From Candidatus Marinacidobacterales bacterium (GTDB lineage: Bacteria > Acidobacteriota > Vicinamibacteria > Marinacidobacterales > DATDRI01), in the NCBI GenBank assembly GCA_965226495.1, contig OZ245365.1, positions 5,088,001 through 5,152,000 of the forward strand: a stretch of 64,000 nt of DNA, written 5' to 3'. Under the pieces are notes generated by a model, which saw nothing but the letters and a program-made list of their open reading frames with translations, had not been told where the DNA came from and made no database searches. The position numbers and the translations under genes are program-made. Below, piece after piece: positions 1-9,704 of the stretch (the stretch's first letter is position 1; each line of letters begins with the position of its first letter).

Positions 1-471
1 GGCAAGAAGGTTCCCTTCAAGTTAGCCGACGTGCTTCGAAAACCCTACTTCCTGCCCGACCGGGCGAAGGTGGAGCAGGCGCTCGAACAGATGCAGAAGC
101 ACCGGGTTCACCTAGCGTTGGTGGTCGACGAGCACGGCGGCGTAGAAGGCATGGTGACTCTCGAAGATCTGCTGGAAGAAATCGTGGGAGAGATGAGCGA
201 TGAACAAGAAGAAGAGGTGCCGCCGATCCGCGCGCTCGCCGATGGTAGCTACTCCTTGGAGGGCTCCATCTCCGTCAAAGACTTGAACGACAGCCTGGAA
301 CTGGAGCTGCCTGAGCAACCCGATTACAACACTCTCGCCGGCCTCATCTTGACACGACTGGGGCGCATTCCGGTCGAGGGAGAAGAGCTGGCGGTGGAGG
401 GTATGTTTTTCTCGATCGAGAGGGTCGAGGACCGGCGAGTCGTTCGAGTGAGAGCCAGGCGGGCGCGCTGA
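1..471 (+). CDS. Hemolysin/CBS-CorC_HlyC transporter-associated family protein, 5'-truncated by the window edge
   Basis: Frame open from base 1; CBS motif ALVVDEHGGVEGMVTLEDLLEEIVGE and CorC_HlyC motif YNTLAGLILTRLGRIP. Confidence 0.9.
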   Translation, partial: GKKVPFKLADVLRKPYFLPDRAKVEQALEQMQKHRVHLALVVDEHGGVEGMVTLEDLLEEIVGEMSDEQEEEVPPIRALADGSYSLEGSISVKDLNDSLELELPEQPDYNTLAGLILTRLGRIPVEGEELAVEGMFFSIERVEDRRVVRVRARRAR

Positions 472-489
472 CCGCTCATCACTGCTCGC

Positions 490-660
490 TCAATCCATAT
501 CGTCTTCGTCCCCGTAGAAAAAATAATCGGCGCAGTTGGTCATGCAGAACCAGCGCCCGCTGCGATCGACCCCGCAGTCTTCGCAGAAGTACTTGAAGCA
601 GATCGGGCACTTCCGAAGAGATTTCTCCTCGTCGGAGATCTCGCATACGGAACAGTTCAA
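490..660 (-). CDS. 56-aa Cys-rich zinc-finger-like microprotein (absent from the ORF track)
   Basis: Manual translation MNCSVCEISDEEKSLRKCPICFKYFCEDCGVDRSGRWFCMTNCADYFFYGDEDDMD*; TTG start preceded by AAGGAGGAG RBS; CxxC x3 plus CxxxC. Confidence 0.8.
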   Translation of the reverse strand: MNCSVCEISDEEKSLRKCPICFKYFCEDCGVDRSGRWFCMTNCADYFFYGDEDDMD

Positions 661-685
661 CGCCAGCTCCTCCTTGGCGGATTTC

Positions 686-739
686 TTGACAATTTCTAGT
701 GAACACCATTAATATACAATGTTTAGAGGAATTTACCAA
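686..739. promoter_or_regulatory. Overlapping divergent sigma70-like promoters for tilS (+) and the microprotein (-)
   Basis: + strand TTGACA(686-691)-18 nt-TAATAT(710-715); - strand TTGGTA(739-734)-17 nt-TATATT(716-711); AT-rich intergenic patch. Confidence 0.55.
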
Positions 740-802
740 GGTTCCCAAGCAGCGGCTCGCACAAAGTACCTCGGTCGGCACCTGGCGGCGGGGTCATCAC
801 GA

Positions 803-2266
803 ATGCTCATCAAGAAGGTACTTCACTCCCTCCGGCGGTTCGGGATGATCCGCTCCGGAGAGTGTGTGCTCGTCGGCATCTCCGGCGGACCGGATTCCGT
901 CGCCCTTACTCACGCGCTGGTCGAGTTGGCCGCCACCCAGGAGTTCGAGATTCGCTTGGCACACCTCAATCATCAACTACGCGAGGACGCAGACGCCGAT
1001 GAGGCGTTTTGCGCGGAATTGGCACGGCGATTGGAGTTGCCGTTCGCGTCGCATCGCCTCGATGTCGCTGGTGTGGCGCAACGCAACGGGTCTTCTCTCG
1101 AAGAGCAAGCCCGAATCAGTCGATATCGTTTCTTGAGCGAGACGGCTGAACGCTGGGGCTGTGCCGGGATCGCCGTGGGCCACACCCGAGACGACCAGGC
1201 CGAAACATTCCTGCTGCGGTTGCTGCGTGGGTCCGGCACAACTGGTTTGGCCTCGATCCGCCCTGTCACCTCTGTGCCGATTTCGTTCACACCCTCGTTC
1301 AATGCCCGTCTATTACGACCGATGCTCAAGGTCACACGCACCGAAGTGCTTGCTTTTCTCGATGCGAAGGAAATCGTTTACCGGCTGGACCGTACCAACT
1401 TAGACCCATCGATCCCACGGAACCGTGTCCGGCATGAAACGCTGCCCTTTTTGGCGCGCCACCACAATCCGAATGTAGCCGAAACCCTGGCCCGGACGGC
1501 CGAGCTTCTACAAGACGACGAGGATTGGATGGACCGGGAGGCGAGGCGAATGCTCGACTCCCTAATCGAGGACGCTGGGTGTCATGGAACCCGTATCTCA
1601 TTGCCCATCGAGGCGCTCGAACGACTGGACCCCGCCCTGCGCCGGCGAGTCGTCCGGGGTGCCATTGGGAGCGTCCGCGGAGAGTTGCGGGCCGTGACCT
1701 CTCGCCACATCGAGGACGTGCTGGAGCTTATCTCCCCCGGCAAGAGCGGCCGCCGATTATGCCTACCTGGACTCGATTGTGGGCGTTCCTTCGGCGCCAT
1801 CTGGTTCAAACCCGCCGCGCCTAGCGATTCGGAAGCAAAGAGCTATAATAGTTATGAGTATGCCCTGACCGTGCCTGGAGAGCTCCGAATCCCCGAAGCC
1901 GGCGGAGCCATCCGGGCGGTGGAGACGAATGCCTCGTCCCTTCCGCCGGCAGCGGGGGAAACGGTCAAGATCGCGCTCGAGGAGGTTTGCGGGCAGCTGG
2001 ACCGGATAGAAACGCTAAACGTGCGAAGTCCGTTGCCGGGGGATCGGTTCCGGCCCCTCGGGGCACCAGGCTCCAAGTCGGTAGCGCGCTATCTCATGGA
2101 GCGCCGGGTGGACCGGGATCGGCGGCGGCTCATCCCGCTGGTCGTTCGGGGGGAACGGCGTTCCGAACAGGAGATTTTGTGGGTAGTCGGGCATGGAGTT
2201 TCCGAGGCATCTCGAGTGGATCGAGATGCTCGCCGGGTGCTCCAATTGAGTTGGTCGACGGTATGA
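803..2266 (+). CDS. tilS: tRNA(Ile)-lysidine synthetase
   Basis: PP-loop [39 protein letters not shown]; ATG at 803 preferred; first gene of tilS-hpt-ftsH. Confidence 0.95.
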   Translation: MLIKKVLHSLRRFGMIRSGECVLVGISGGPDSVALTHALVELAATQEFEIRLAHLNHQLREDADADEAFCAELARRLELPFASHRLDVAGVAQRNGSSLEEQARISRYRFLSETAERWGCAGIAVGHTRDDQAETFLLRLLRGSGTTGLASIRPVTSVPISFTPSFNARLLRPMLKVTRTEVLAFLDAKEIVYRLDRTNLDPSIPRNRVRHETLPFLARHHNPNVAETLARTAELLQDDEDWMDREARRMLDSLIEDAGCHGTRISLPIEALERLDPALRRRVVRGAIGSVRGELRAVTSRHIEDVLELISPGKSGRRLCLPGLDCGRSFGAIWFKPAAPSDSEAKSYNSYEYALTVPGELRIPEAGGAIRAVETNASSLPPAAGETVKIALEEVCGQLDRIETLNVRSPLPGDRFRPLGAPGSKSVARYLMERRVDRDRRRLIPLVVRGERRSEQEILWVVGHGVSEASRVDRDARRVLQLSWSTV

Positions 2267-2793
2267 CTGACATGGTCAAACCCGCTGTCCTCTTTAGCGA
2301 GGAGGAGATCCGGCGGCGCATTTTGGACATGGGTCGCCGCATCACTGCCGACTACAACGGCTCGGACCTTGCCATGGTGGGAATACTGAAGGGCACCATC
2401 GTCTTCATGGCGGACCTCATTCGGGCCATCGAGCAACCCCTTACTTGCGATTTTCTCAAAGTGGGCCGGACCAAGGATCGGCGGATCGACATCGCGTTCA
2501 GCCCGGAGACAGACTTTCGTGCCCGAGAGGTCTTGTTGCTCCAAGACGTAGTCGATACCGGCGTCACGATGAGTTTCATCGTGGGACACATCCAAGAAGA
2601 CTGGCAACCGCGTTCGCTGAAAGTCGCCGCACTCATCGATCGGGAAGATCAACGCAAGGTCGACTGTGCCGTCGACTATGCATGTTTCAAAGTCGTAGAG
2701 GACGGCTTCGTAGTCGGATACGGCCTGGACAGCGAGGAGCAGTATCGGGGACTTCCTTACCTCGGAAGGCTCGACAGAAAGAAGGCCGAATAA
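2263..2793 (+). CDS. hpt: Hypoxanthine phosphoribosyltransferase-like protein (divergent)
   Basis: [37 protein letters not shown]; ATGA overlap with tilS. Confidence 0.85.
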   Translation: MTDMVKPAVLFSEEEIRRRILDMGRRITADYNGSDLAMVGILKGTIVFMADLIRAIEQPLTCDFLKVGRTKDRRIDIAFSPETDFRAREVLLLQDVVDTGVTMSFIVGHIQEDWQPRSLKVAALIDREDQRKVDCAVDYACFKVVEDGFVVGYGLDSEEQYRGLPYLGRLDRKKAE

Positions 2794-2857
2794 AGACAGC
2801 GGAAGCTGTTCTGGCCAAATCAAACAAATAGAAGACCTAGAATCTCGGAGGCAAACG

Positions 2858-4783
2858 TTGAACTCGACCATGAAGAACTTGATGTTCTGGATGGTGGCTG
2901 CTTTGCTCATTATGCTCTTCTGGAGCGTATCGTCCCGCATCCAGCAGAAGGAGAAACAGCTCACCTTCAGCGATTTCATGGAGTACGTGGAGCGGGGGAG
3001 CGTTGCCGAGGTGACGATCACCGGAAGCTCGGCGGGGAGCCAGATCATAGGAACATTGAACAACGGCGACCCCATCCGAACCTTCGCTCCCCCGCAGTAC
3101 GAGTCTCTCGTCGACAAGCTACTGTCGCAAAGCGTCGAGGTAAGCGCGCGAGATGCGAATGGATCTTCCGTCTGGGCGCACCTCATCAACTGGACACCCA
3201 TCATCATCATGATCGCCTTCTTGGTCTTCTTCATGCGACAGATGCAAGGCTCGGGTAACCGCGCGCTGTCGTTCGGAAAGAGCAAGGCGAAGCTCAGCGG
3301 CACCCAACAGAAAAAAATCACGTTCAAAGACGTGGCGGGAGTCGACGAGGCAAAGGGCGAGCTTGAGGAAATCATCGACTTTCTGAGAGAACCACAGAAA
3401 TTCCAAAAGCTGGGAGGACGAATCCCCAAGGGCGTCCTGCTTATGGGCCCGCCGGGGACCGGGAAGACGCTGCTGGCGCGCGCCATCTCGGGGGAGGCCA
3501 ATGTACCGTTCTTCTCTATTAGTGGGTCCGACTTCGTCGAAATGTTTGTTGGAGTTGGTGCCAGTCGTGTGCGCGACCTCTTCGAGCAAGGGAAGAAGAA
3601 CGCTCCCTGCATCGTCTTCATCGATGAGATCGACGCGGTGGGACGTCACCGCGGCGCTGGCTTGGGCGGCGGACACGATGAGCGCGAACAGACTCTGAAC
3701 CAGTTGCTCGTGGAGATGGACGGCTTCGAGTCTAACGAAGGCGTCATCTTGATCGCGGCCACCAACCGGCCGGACGTACTGGATCCGGCGCTACTTAGGC
3801 CCGGCCGTTTCGACCGCAGGGTGGTGGTCTCGCTTCCCGATGTCAAGGGGCGGGAAGGAATTTTGAAAGTGCACACCACCCGGATTCCACTGGGTTCCGA
3901 TGTCGACCTGAGCATACTCGCCAGAGGAACGCCTGGTTTTTCGGGCGCCGATCTGGCGAACCTGGTGAACGAAGCTGCCCTGACCGCGGCCCGCTACGGG
4001 ATGAAGGCCGTTGGCATGCGGGACTTCGAAGACTCCAAGGACAAGGTGCTCATGGGTGCCGAACGGCGGTCCATGATCATGAGCGAGGAGGAAAAGAAGA
4101 CCACCGCCTACCACGAAGCGGGCCACGCGTTGGTGGCGTCGCTTCTCCCCGAGGCCGACCCCATTCACAAAGTTACGATCATCCCGCGCGGCATGGCCCT
4201 CGGAGTCACGCAGCTTCTCCCCGAGTCCGAGCGCTATAGTCATAGCAAGGCATACGTAGAAGCGATGATCGCGGTCAAAATGGGAGGCCGCATTGCCGAA
4301 GAGCTCTTCCTAAACCAGATCACCAGCGGGGCTCACGACGATCTCGAAAAAGCCACCGAGTTGGCTCGCAAAATGGTCTGTGAGTGGGGCATGAGTGACA
4401 AGCTCGGGCCGATGACCTTTGGACGGAAAGAGGAGCAAGTTTTCCTCGGGCGCGACATCGTCCAACAACAGGACTATAGCAGCGACACCGCCATCAAGAT
4501 CGACGGAGAAGTGAAAGCCATCGCCGAGCGAAACTATCAGCGGGCCAAGGATCTTCTAACCACCAATCGCGCTCTGTTGCAGCGCGTGGCGGAGACACTG
4601 CTGGAGCGTGAGGTTCTGGACGCAGAGGAAGTGAAGATGGTGCTCGAGGGGATTCCCCTCAAGGAGAGGGTGCCCGCACCCACGCTCGCCGCTCCCGAGA
4701 AGAAGCCCGAAACCCAGGGCGAGAAGAAGGCCCCGCTCACACCGCCCATCCTGCCCGCGCCAAAGAGCATTCCGCAGAGCTAG
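2858..4783 (+). CDS. ftsH: ATP-dependent zinc metalloprotease FtsH
   Basis: Two TM helices, Walker A GPPGTGKT, Walker [17 protein letters not shown] zinc motif; GGAGG RBS before TTG. Confidence 0.98.
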   Translation: MNSTMKNLMFWMVAALLIMLFWSVSSRIQQKEKQLTFSDFMEYVERGSVAEVTITGSSAGSQIIGTLNNGDPIRTFAPPQYESLVDKLLSQSVEVSARDANGSSVWAHLINWTPIIIMIAFLVFFMRQMQGSGNRALSFGKSKAKLSGTQQKKITFKDVAGVDEAKGELEEIIDFLREPQKFQKLGGRIPKGVLLMGPPGTGKTLLARAISGEANVPFFSISGSDFVEMFVGVGASRVRDLFEQGKKNAPCIVFIDEIDAVGRHRGAGLGGGHDEREQTLNQLLVEMDGFESNEGVILIAATNRPDVLDPALLRPGRFDRRVVVSLPDVKGREGILKVHTTRIPLGSDVDLSILARGTPGFSGADLANLVNEAALTAARYGMKAVGMRDFEDSKDKVLMGAERRSMIMSEEEKKTTAYHEAGHALVASLLPEADPIHKVTIIPRGMALGVTQLLPESERYSHSKAYVEAMIAVKMGGRIAEELFLNQITSGAHDDLEKATELARKMVCEWGMSDKLGPMTFGRKEEQVFLGRDIVQQQDYSSDTAIKIDGEVKAIAERNYQRAKDLLTTNRALLQRVAETLLEREVLDAEEVKMVLEGIPLKERVPAPTLAAPEKKPETQGEKKAPLTPPILPAPKSIPQS

Positions 4784-4789
4784 GGCACT

Positions 4790-4820
4790 AGGGCTGGCGG
4801 TGGTCTTGGCTCTTTTTGTT
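4790..4820 (+). terminator. Weak possible intrinsic terminator after ftsH
   Basis: GU-rich stem AGGGCTGG/TTGGCTCT followed by TTTTGTT. Confidence 0.25.
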
Positions 4821-4834
4821 CGAACGAGTCGACT

Positions 4835-5716
4835 TTGACGGCCCCTCTCGCCCCGCGGTCCATCCACACATTTCGGGCGCGAGGACGGACGCTCTCGATG
4901 GGCCGTCGGACCCGCGTCATGGGTGTCATCAACGTGACCCCGGACTCTTTCTCCGACGGTGGCCTCTTCTTGGACGCCGACAAGGCCATTGCCTGCGGCC
5001 TGGAAATGGCCCGGTGTGGAGCCGACTTCATCGACGTCGGCGGGGAATCCACGCGGCCTGGAGCTTCGCCGGTCTCGGCAGAAGAGGAGCTTGAACGGGT
5101 TGCTCCGGTGATCACCGCGTTACGGCGGCAAACGGACGTCCTACTCTCCGCCGACACCGCGAAAGCCGCGGTGGCGAAATGGGCGCTCGAGCAAGGGGTC
5201 GAAATCATCAACGACATCTCTGGACTGACCAGCGACCCGACGATAGCGAAAATGACCGCGCGGGCCAACGCCGGGTTGATCTTGATGCACATGAAGGGTA
5301 CGCCCCGGACGATGCAGAAAGACCCAACCTATGAGGACGTCGCTTCCGAGGTGCGTGATTTCCTCGCCGAGGCGTCGAGCCGAGCGGAAGCCGCGGGGGT
5401 GGCACCGGATTCGATACTGGTCGATCCCGGGATCGGTTTCGGCAAGTCGGCGGAGCACAACCTCCAACTGATAAATCGCCTGGGATCGTTGTCGGCCCTC
5501 GGCAAACCGATCTTAATTGGCACGTCTCGCAAGAGCTTCATCGGCCGCCTTCTAGGCGTCCCGGTAGAAGAGAGGATTCAGGGGACCTCGGCTTCCGTTG
5601 CCGCATCCATACTCCGCGGCGCGCACGTCGTGCGCGTCCACGACGTGCCGGAAATGATTCAGGTCGCCAGGTTAGCCGACGCTATCTTGAACGAGACGGG
5701 AGCGACATCAGGGTGA
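4835..5716 (+). CDS. folP: Dihydropteroate synthase
   Basis: MGVINVTPDSFSDGG, DVGGESTRPG, DPGIGFGK, SRKSF, RVHDV. Confidence 0.97.
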   Translation: MTAPLAPRSIHTFRARGRTLSMGRRTRVMGVINVTPDSFSDGGLFLDADKAIACGLEMARCGADFIDVGGESTRPGASPVSAEEELERVAPVITALRRQTDVLLSADTAKAAVAKWALEQGVEIINDISGLTSDPTIAKMTARANAGLILMHMKGTPRTMQKDPTYEDVASEVRDFLAEASSRAEAAGVAPDSILVDPGIGFGKSAEHNLQLINRLGSLSALGKPILIGTSRKSFIGRLLGVPVEERIQGTSASVAASILRGAHVVRVHDVPEMIQVARLADAILNETGATSG

Positions 5717-6549
5717 ACGAGCTGGCAAGTTACATTAAGTCGTTCATCCGGGTGACAGAGTTCTCCTGGGTCGATGCCATCGACATCGCTCTCGTCAGCT
5801 TCCTCATCTACAAGCTGTTGCAGCTCATCCGTGGCAGCCGCGCCTTCCAGATGGTGGTGGGCACTCTCATCGTTGTGACGTTGTTCTTCGTCTCCCGCTG
5901 GGCGAGGCTCGAGACTGTCAATTGGTTGCTGCGCAATAGTCTGGCCTACATCGGATTCGCCATCATCGTGCTCTACCAGGCCGAGCTCCGTAAGGTGCTC
6001 GCGCACCTGGGCAAAGCCCCGCTGTTCCGCCTTCTGGGCCAACAGCATACGAGCGAAACTATCGACGAAGTGGTGCTCGCCTTCACCACATTGGCAAGAC
6101 GCAAGACCGGTGCGATCATAGTCGTCGAGCGAGACATCGGCCTCAGGAGTTACATAGAGGGCGGCATCATTCTCGACGCGATACTCACCTACGATCTGCT
6201 ACTCTCCATTTTCAATCCCAAGACGCCGCTACACGACGGCGCCGCGATCGTACAAAGTAATCGGGTCGCCGCCGCCGCGTGCTTCCTGCCGCTTTCCATC
6301 AACCCGCAACTATCGAAGGAGCTCGGAACCCGCCACCGCGCGGCGATCGGGATCACCGAGGATACCGACGCGGTTGCCATCGTCGTCTCGGAAGAAACGG
6401 GTACGGTCAGCTACGTGGAAGATGGAAACATTTTGCGCGGTGTGGACGGGGAGACTCTGCGTGCAAAGCTCATTCGGGCGCTCGGGACGAGTCGAGCCAA
6501 GCAGTCCCAAGACGTCAAGGCGAAGGTCCGCGAAGGGTCGGCGGTATGA
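5713..6549 (+). CDS. cdaA: Diadenylate cyclase CdaA/DacA
   Basis: Three N-terminal TM helices; DAC motifs PLHDGA and GTRHRAA. Confidence 0.95.
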   Translation: MNELASYIKSFIRVTEFSWVDAIDIALVSFLIYKLLQLIRGSRAFQMVVGTLIVVTLFFVSRWARLETVNWLLRNSLAYIGFAIIVLYQAELRKVLAHLGKAPLFRLLGQQHTSETIDEVVLAFTTLARRKTGAIIVVERDIGLRSYIEGGIILDAILTYDLLLSIFNPKTPLHDGAAIVQSNRVAAAACFLPLSINPQLSKELGTRHRAAIGITEDTDAVAIVVSEETGTVSYVEDGNILRGVDGETLRAKLIRALGTSRAKQSQDVKAKVREGSAV

Positions 6550-7478
6550 GGTCGTGGATCTTCGAAAACTCGGGGCTCAAAGTGATCTCTCTCCTCTTGG
6601 GGGTCTCCCTCTGGTACATCGTGGCCGGCGAGCGAAGCACCGAGATCGTGTTTTCGATTCCACTCGAGTTTCAAAACGTCCCGGAAGGACTCGAAGTGAT
6701 CGAGGAGTCCGCTCAGCAAGTCGACGTACGACTACGTGGCTCGTCCGAGTTCTTGAGAGGACTCTCGCCTCAGGAGATTCAGGCGGCGGTGGACCTGACG
6801 GCCGCCCTCCCTGGAGACAGTACCGTTTACTTGACGCCGGGTCAGGTGGACACGCCCTACGGCGTTCGAGTAATGAGAGTGACCCCTGCTTCCGTCAACT
6901 TGACGGTCGAGCCGGTATCGCAGCGAAGGGTACGGGCAGTCCCAAGAGTTGTTGGGGAGCCGGCCACCGGTTTCGTATTGGCCAGCATCGATCTCGAGCC
7001 ACCCGAAATTTTGGTCAGCGGACCCATCTCACGGCTTGCGAACCTGGAACAAGTCGCCACCGAGCCCATCTCTGCTGAAGGACTCCGCGAGACCTACTCG
7101 CAGTCGCTCAAGGTGCTCATCGACGACCCGTTCGTAAGACTGACCGATGGGAATACCGTGGAGGTGACGCTCGAAGTCCAGGAAGAGAGAATCCAGCGGG
7201 AGCTGAGCCCGGTGCCGGTTAGCGAGAGCCCTTCCTCCGCGAAGGTCACGCTGACCCCCGCCTCGCTGAAGATCGTGGTAGCCGGTCCTCGAAGTGTCGT
7301 GGAGAAGCTTCGCGTCGAACATCTCCAGGCACGGGTGAATGTGGACGGCCTGGATCCGGGAGACCACCGACTCGCTCCCCAGATCGAAGTGCGCCTCCCG
7401 GACGGCGCCGACGTCGAGATCGTTAGCGTCGTTCCCGAAGAAGTTGGAGCCCGCTTGTCCAAGCCGGGGAGCGAATGA
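6546..7478 (+). CDS. cdaR: CdaR/YbbR-like regulator
   Basis: N-terminal K.ISLLL...LW TM anchor and repeated YbbR-type domains; lies between cdaA and glmM; ATGA overlap at 6546. Confidence 0.9.
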   Translation: MRSWIFENSGLKVISLLLGVSLWYIVAGERSTEIVFSIPLEFQNVPEGLEVIEESAQQVDVRLRGSSEFLRGLSPQEIQAAVDLTAALPGDSTVYLTPGQVDTPYGVRVMRVTPASVNLTVEPVSQRRVRAVPRVVGEPATGFVLASIDLEPPEILVSGPISRLANLEQVATEPISAEGLRETYSQSLKVLIDDPFVRLTDGNTVEVTLEVQEERIQRELSPVPVSESPSSAKVTLTPASLKIVVAGPRSVVEKLRVEHLQARVNVDGLDPGDHRLAPQIEVRLPDGADVEIVSVVPEEVGARLSKPGSE

Positions 7479-8809
7479 AGAATCTCTTCGGCACCGACGG
7501 TATTCGAGGCAAAGCGGGGGTTCCGCCGCTCGATGCCACGACGGTTTACCGCGTTGGCCGCGCCTTAGCTCGAAACCTGGGCTCGAACGGTCCCCGCCTG
7601 CTCATCGGGCGCGACACACGGAGCTCGGGAAGTACGCTCGGGTCCTGGCTCGCGGCAGGTATCTCTGCGGGCGGCGGCGAGGCGGTCTCAGCCGGTGTCA
7701 TCTCGACACCGGGGGTAGCACACCTCACCAGACGCTTCGATTTTGCGGCAGGAGTGGTCATTTCCGCTTCGCACAATCCCTTCCCCGACAATGGTGTGAA
7801 GCTCTTCTCAACCGACGGGAAGAAGGTGAGCGAAGACCTGGAGACCACCATCTCGAAGGAGGTCGCCGCGGACATCTCGGACGAAGAGGTTGTCGAACGC
7901 CCCCTTCCCGCTCCCGACCCAACGCTTCAAGACGAGTACCTAAGGCACCTGAAGTCCAGTATTCCTCCGGAAACGGATTTTTCGCCGCTCAAAATCGGTC
8001 TCGACTGCGCCAACGGAGCGACCTATCGGGTCGGACCCCGTCTTCTCGAGGAGCTCGACATCGACTTCGAGCCCATGGGCGTCACCCCCGATGGACGGAA
8101 CATCAACGACGCCAGCGGCTCGACGCACCCGGAACAGCTCGCACGCCGCGTGGTGGAATCCCGCTGCGACCTCGGCGCCGCCTTGGACGGCGACGGGGAT
8201 CGGCTGCTACTGGTCGACGGCGACGGCCAGTTGATCAACGGGGATGCGATTCTTCTTATGTGCGCTCGGCACATGAAAGCCGAGCAAAGACTCCCCGGTC
8301 CTGGTATCGTAGCAACGGTCATGAGCAACCTAGCTTTGGAACAAGCCTTGGAATCGGAAGAGATCGGCCTTTTTCGGACGAAGGTGGGCGACAAGTACGT
8401 CGCCGAGGAGATGGAAAGACGCGGGCTGGCGCTCGGTGGCGAGCAGTCCGGCCACATCATTTTTTCGGACTTCTCGCCCACCGGGGACGGCTTGCTCACA
8501 CTCCTCCAGGTTTTGCGGGTCGTCGCCACTTTGGCGAAGCCGTTGAAAGAGCTTGCGTACCTCCGGCAGTTCCCACAAGTTCTCGTCAATGTTCCGGTCA
8601 AAGAAAAGCGTGACGTCCAGCAGGTGCCGGAAATCGCACACGCGATGGAAGAGGCTGAACGTCAGATGGCGGGGCGTGGCCGGCTCTTGGTGCGTTTTTC
8701 GGGAACCGAGCCCTTACTTCGCATCATGATGGAGGGGCCTGACGAAGGAGAAATTCGGGCACTTTCCGCATCTATTGCGGAAGCCACCCGCCGCAGCCTG
8801 GCAGAATGA
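7475..8809 (+). CDS. glmM: Phosphoglucosamine mutase
   Basis: FGTDGIRG, SASHNP, DGDGDR, GGEQSGH, RFSGTEP. Confidence 0.97.
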   Translation: MKNLFGTDGIRGKAGVPPLDATTVYRVGRALARNLGSNGPRLLIGRDTRSSGSTLGSWLAAGISAGGGEAVSAGVISTPGVAHLTRRFDFAAGVVISASHNPFPDNGVKLFSTDGKKVSEDLETTISKEVAADISDEEVVERPLPAPDPTLQDEYLRHLKSSIPPETDFSPLKIGLDCANGATYRVGPRLLEELDIDFEPMGVTPDGRNINDASGSTHPEQLARRVVESRCDLGAALDGDGDRLLLVDGDGQLINGDAILLMCARHMKAEQRLPGPGIVATVMSNLALEQALESEEIGLFRTKVGDKYVAEEMERRGLALGGEQSGHIIFSDFSPTGDGLLTLLQVLRVVATLAKPLKELAYLRQFPQVLVNVPVKEKRDVQQVPEIAHAMEEAERQMAGRGRLLVRFSGTEPLLRIMMEGPDEGEIRALSASIAEATRRSLAE

Positions 8810-9543
8810 TGAAAGAACTTGGTGTCACCCTAAACGCCGTCGCTTTTCTGCGCGAGTCGCGCAAGGCCAAAGATCCCGACCCCGTCATGGCGGCGTTTCT
8901 CGCCGAGCAAGCCGGGGCAGATGCCATCAACGCACATTTGCGCGGCGACCGCCGACACATCCAGGAGCGCGATGTCACGCTGCTCCGCGAGACCGTAAAA
9001 ACGGAGCTCAATCTGTTGGCCGCTCCCAGCCAAGAGTTGACCCGTGTTGCCCTCACCGTTAAGCCTGACCGCGTGACATTCGTCCCCGAGCGAATCGAGG
9101 AGGCCGGTGGTCCCCTGGGAGTCGACGTCATTCTCAACAGCTCCCAGCTGCGTCAACTCACGAGGATGCTTCGGGAAGGCTCGATCCGATGCAGCGTTTT
9201 CATCGAGCCCGACCCAGACCAGATTCGAGAAGCTCATCGCATCGATGCCGATGGCGTAGAGCTTTCGACCGAAACCCTCGTTGGCGCGCAGGGCGACGAT
9301 ACGGTGGCCCAGCAACTGCAGCGGATTGCCGACGGAGCTCGACTAGCGGAGAAGTTCGGTATGGAAGTCTCCGTGGGTCACGGCCTTTCCCTGCGCAGCA
9401 TACCCCCGCTCCTCGGCCTTCAAGGGTTGAAACGTATCAACGTGGGCTATCACCTCGTGGCGCGCTCTCTTGTGATCGGCTTCGAGAATGCGGTGCGCGA
9501 AATGGCGCATCTCGTCAAGCAGCCGATCCCGCCACGTCGTTGA
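8806..9543 (+). CDS. pdxJ: Pyridoxine 5'-phosphate synthase-like protein (several active-site residues altered)
   Basis: PDPV.AA..AEQAGAD, HLRGDRRHIQERDV, VPE, GHGL; follows glmM. Confidence 0.85.
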   Translation: MMKELGVTLNAVAFLRESRKAKDPDPVMAAFLAEQAGADAINAHLRGDRRHIQERDVTLLRETVKTELNLLAAPSQELTRVALTVKPDRVTFVPERIEEAGGPLGVDVILNSSQLRQLTRMLREGSIRCSVFIEPDPDQIREAHRIDADGVELSTETLVGAQGDDTVAQQLQRIADGARLAEKFGMEVSVGHGLSLRSIPPLLGLQGLKRINVGYHLVARSLVIGFENAVREMAHLVKQPIPPRR

Positions 9544-9704
9544 CCCCCGTTGACGAAGACCGCCTTGGTCTGGTATTTTCAATAGTTTAGAGCGATTCAA
9601 CGTTAACCTTATGAACCCATCCCACGACCGCCACTTCTCGGTCATTGGCCGCGACACTCCACAAGAGGCGTTTCTCCCCTTTGCCAATACGGAGGTTTCC
9701 TGAC

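Noticed and set aside
479-781. 100-aa minus-strand ORF in the track
   Set aside because: No recognisable motifs; the overlapping frame at 490-660 has the RBS and a coherent Cys pattern
2089-3621. 510-aa antisense ORF over hpt/ftsH
   Set aside because: Typical shadow ORF opposite a conserved GC-rich gene; no independent motifs
7339-8613. 424-aa alternative-frame ORF within glmM
   Set aside because: Arg-rich off-frame translation caused by codon bias
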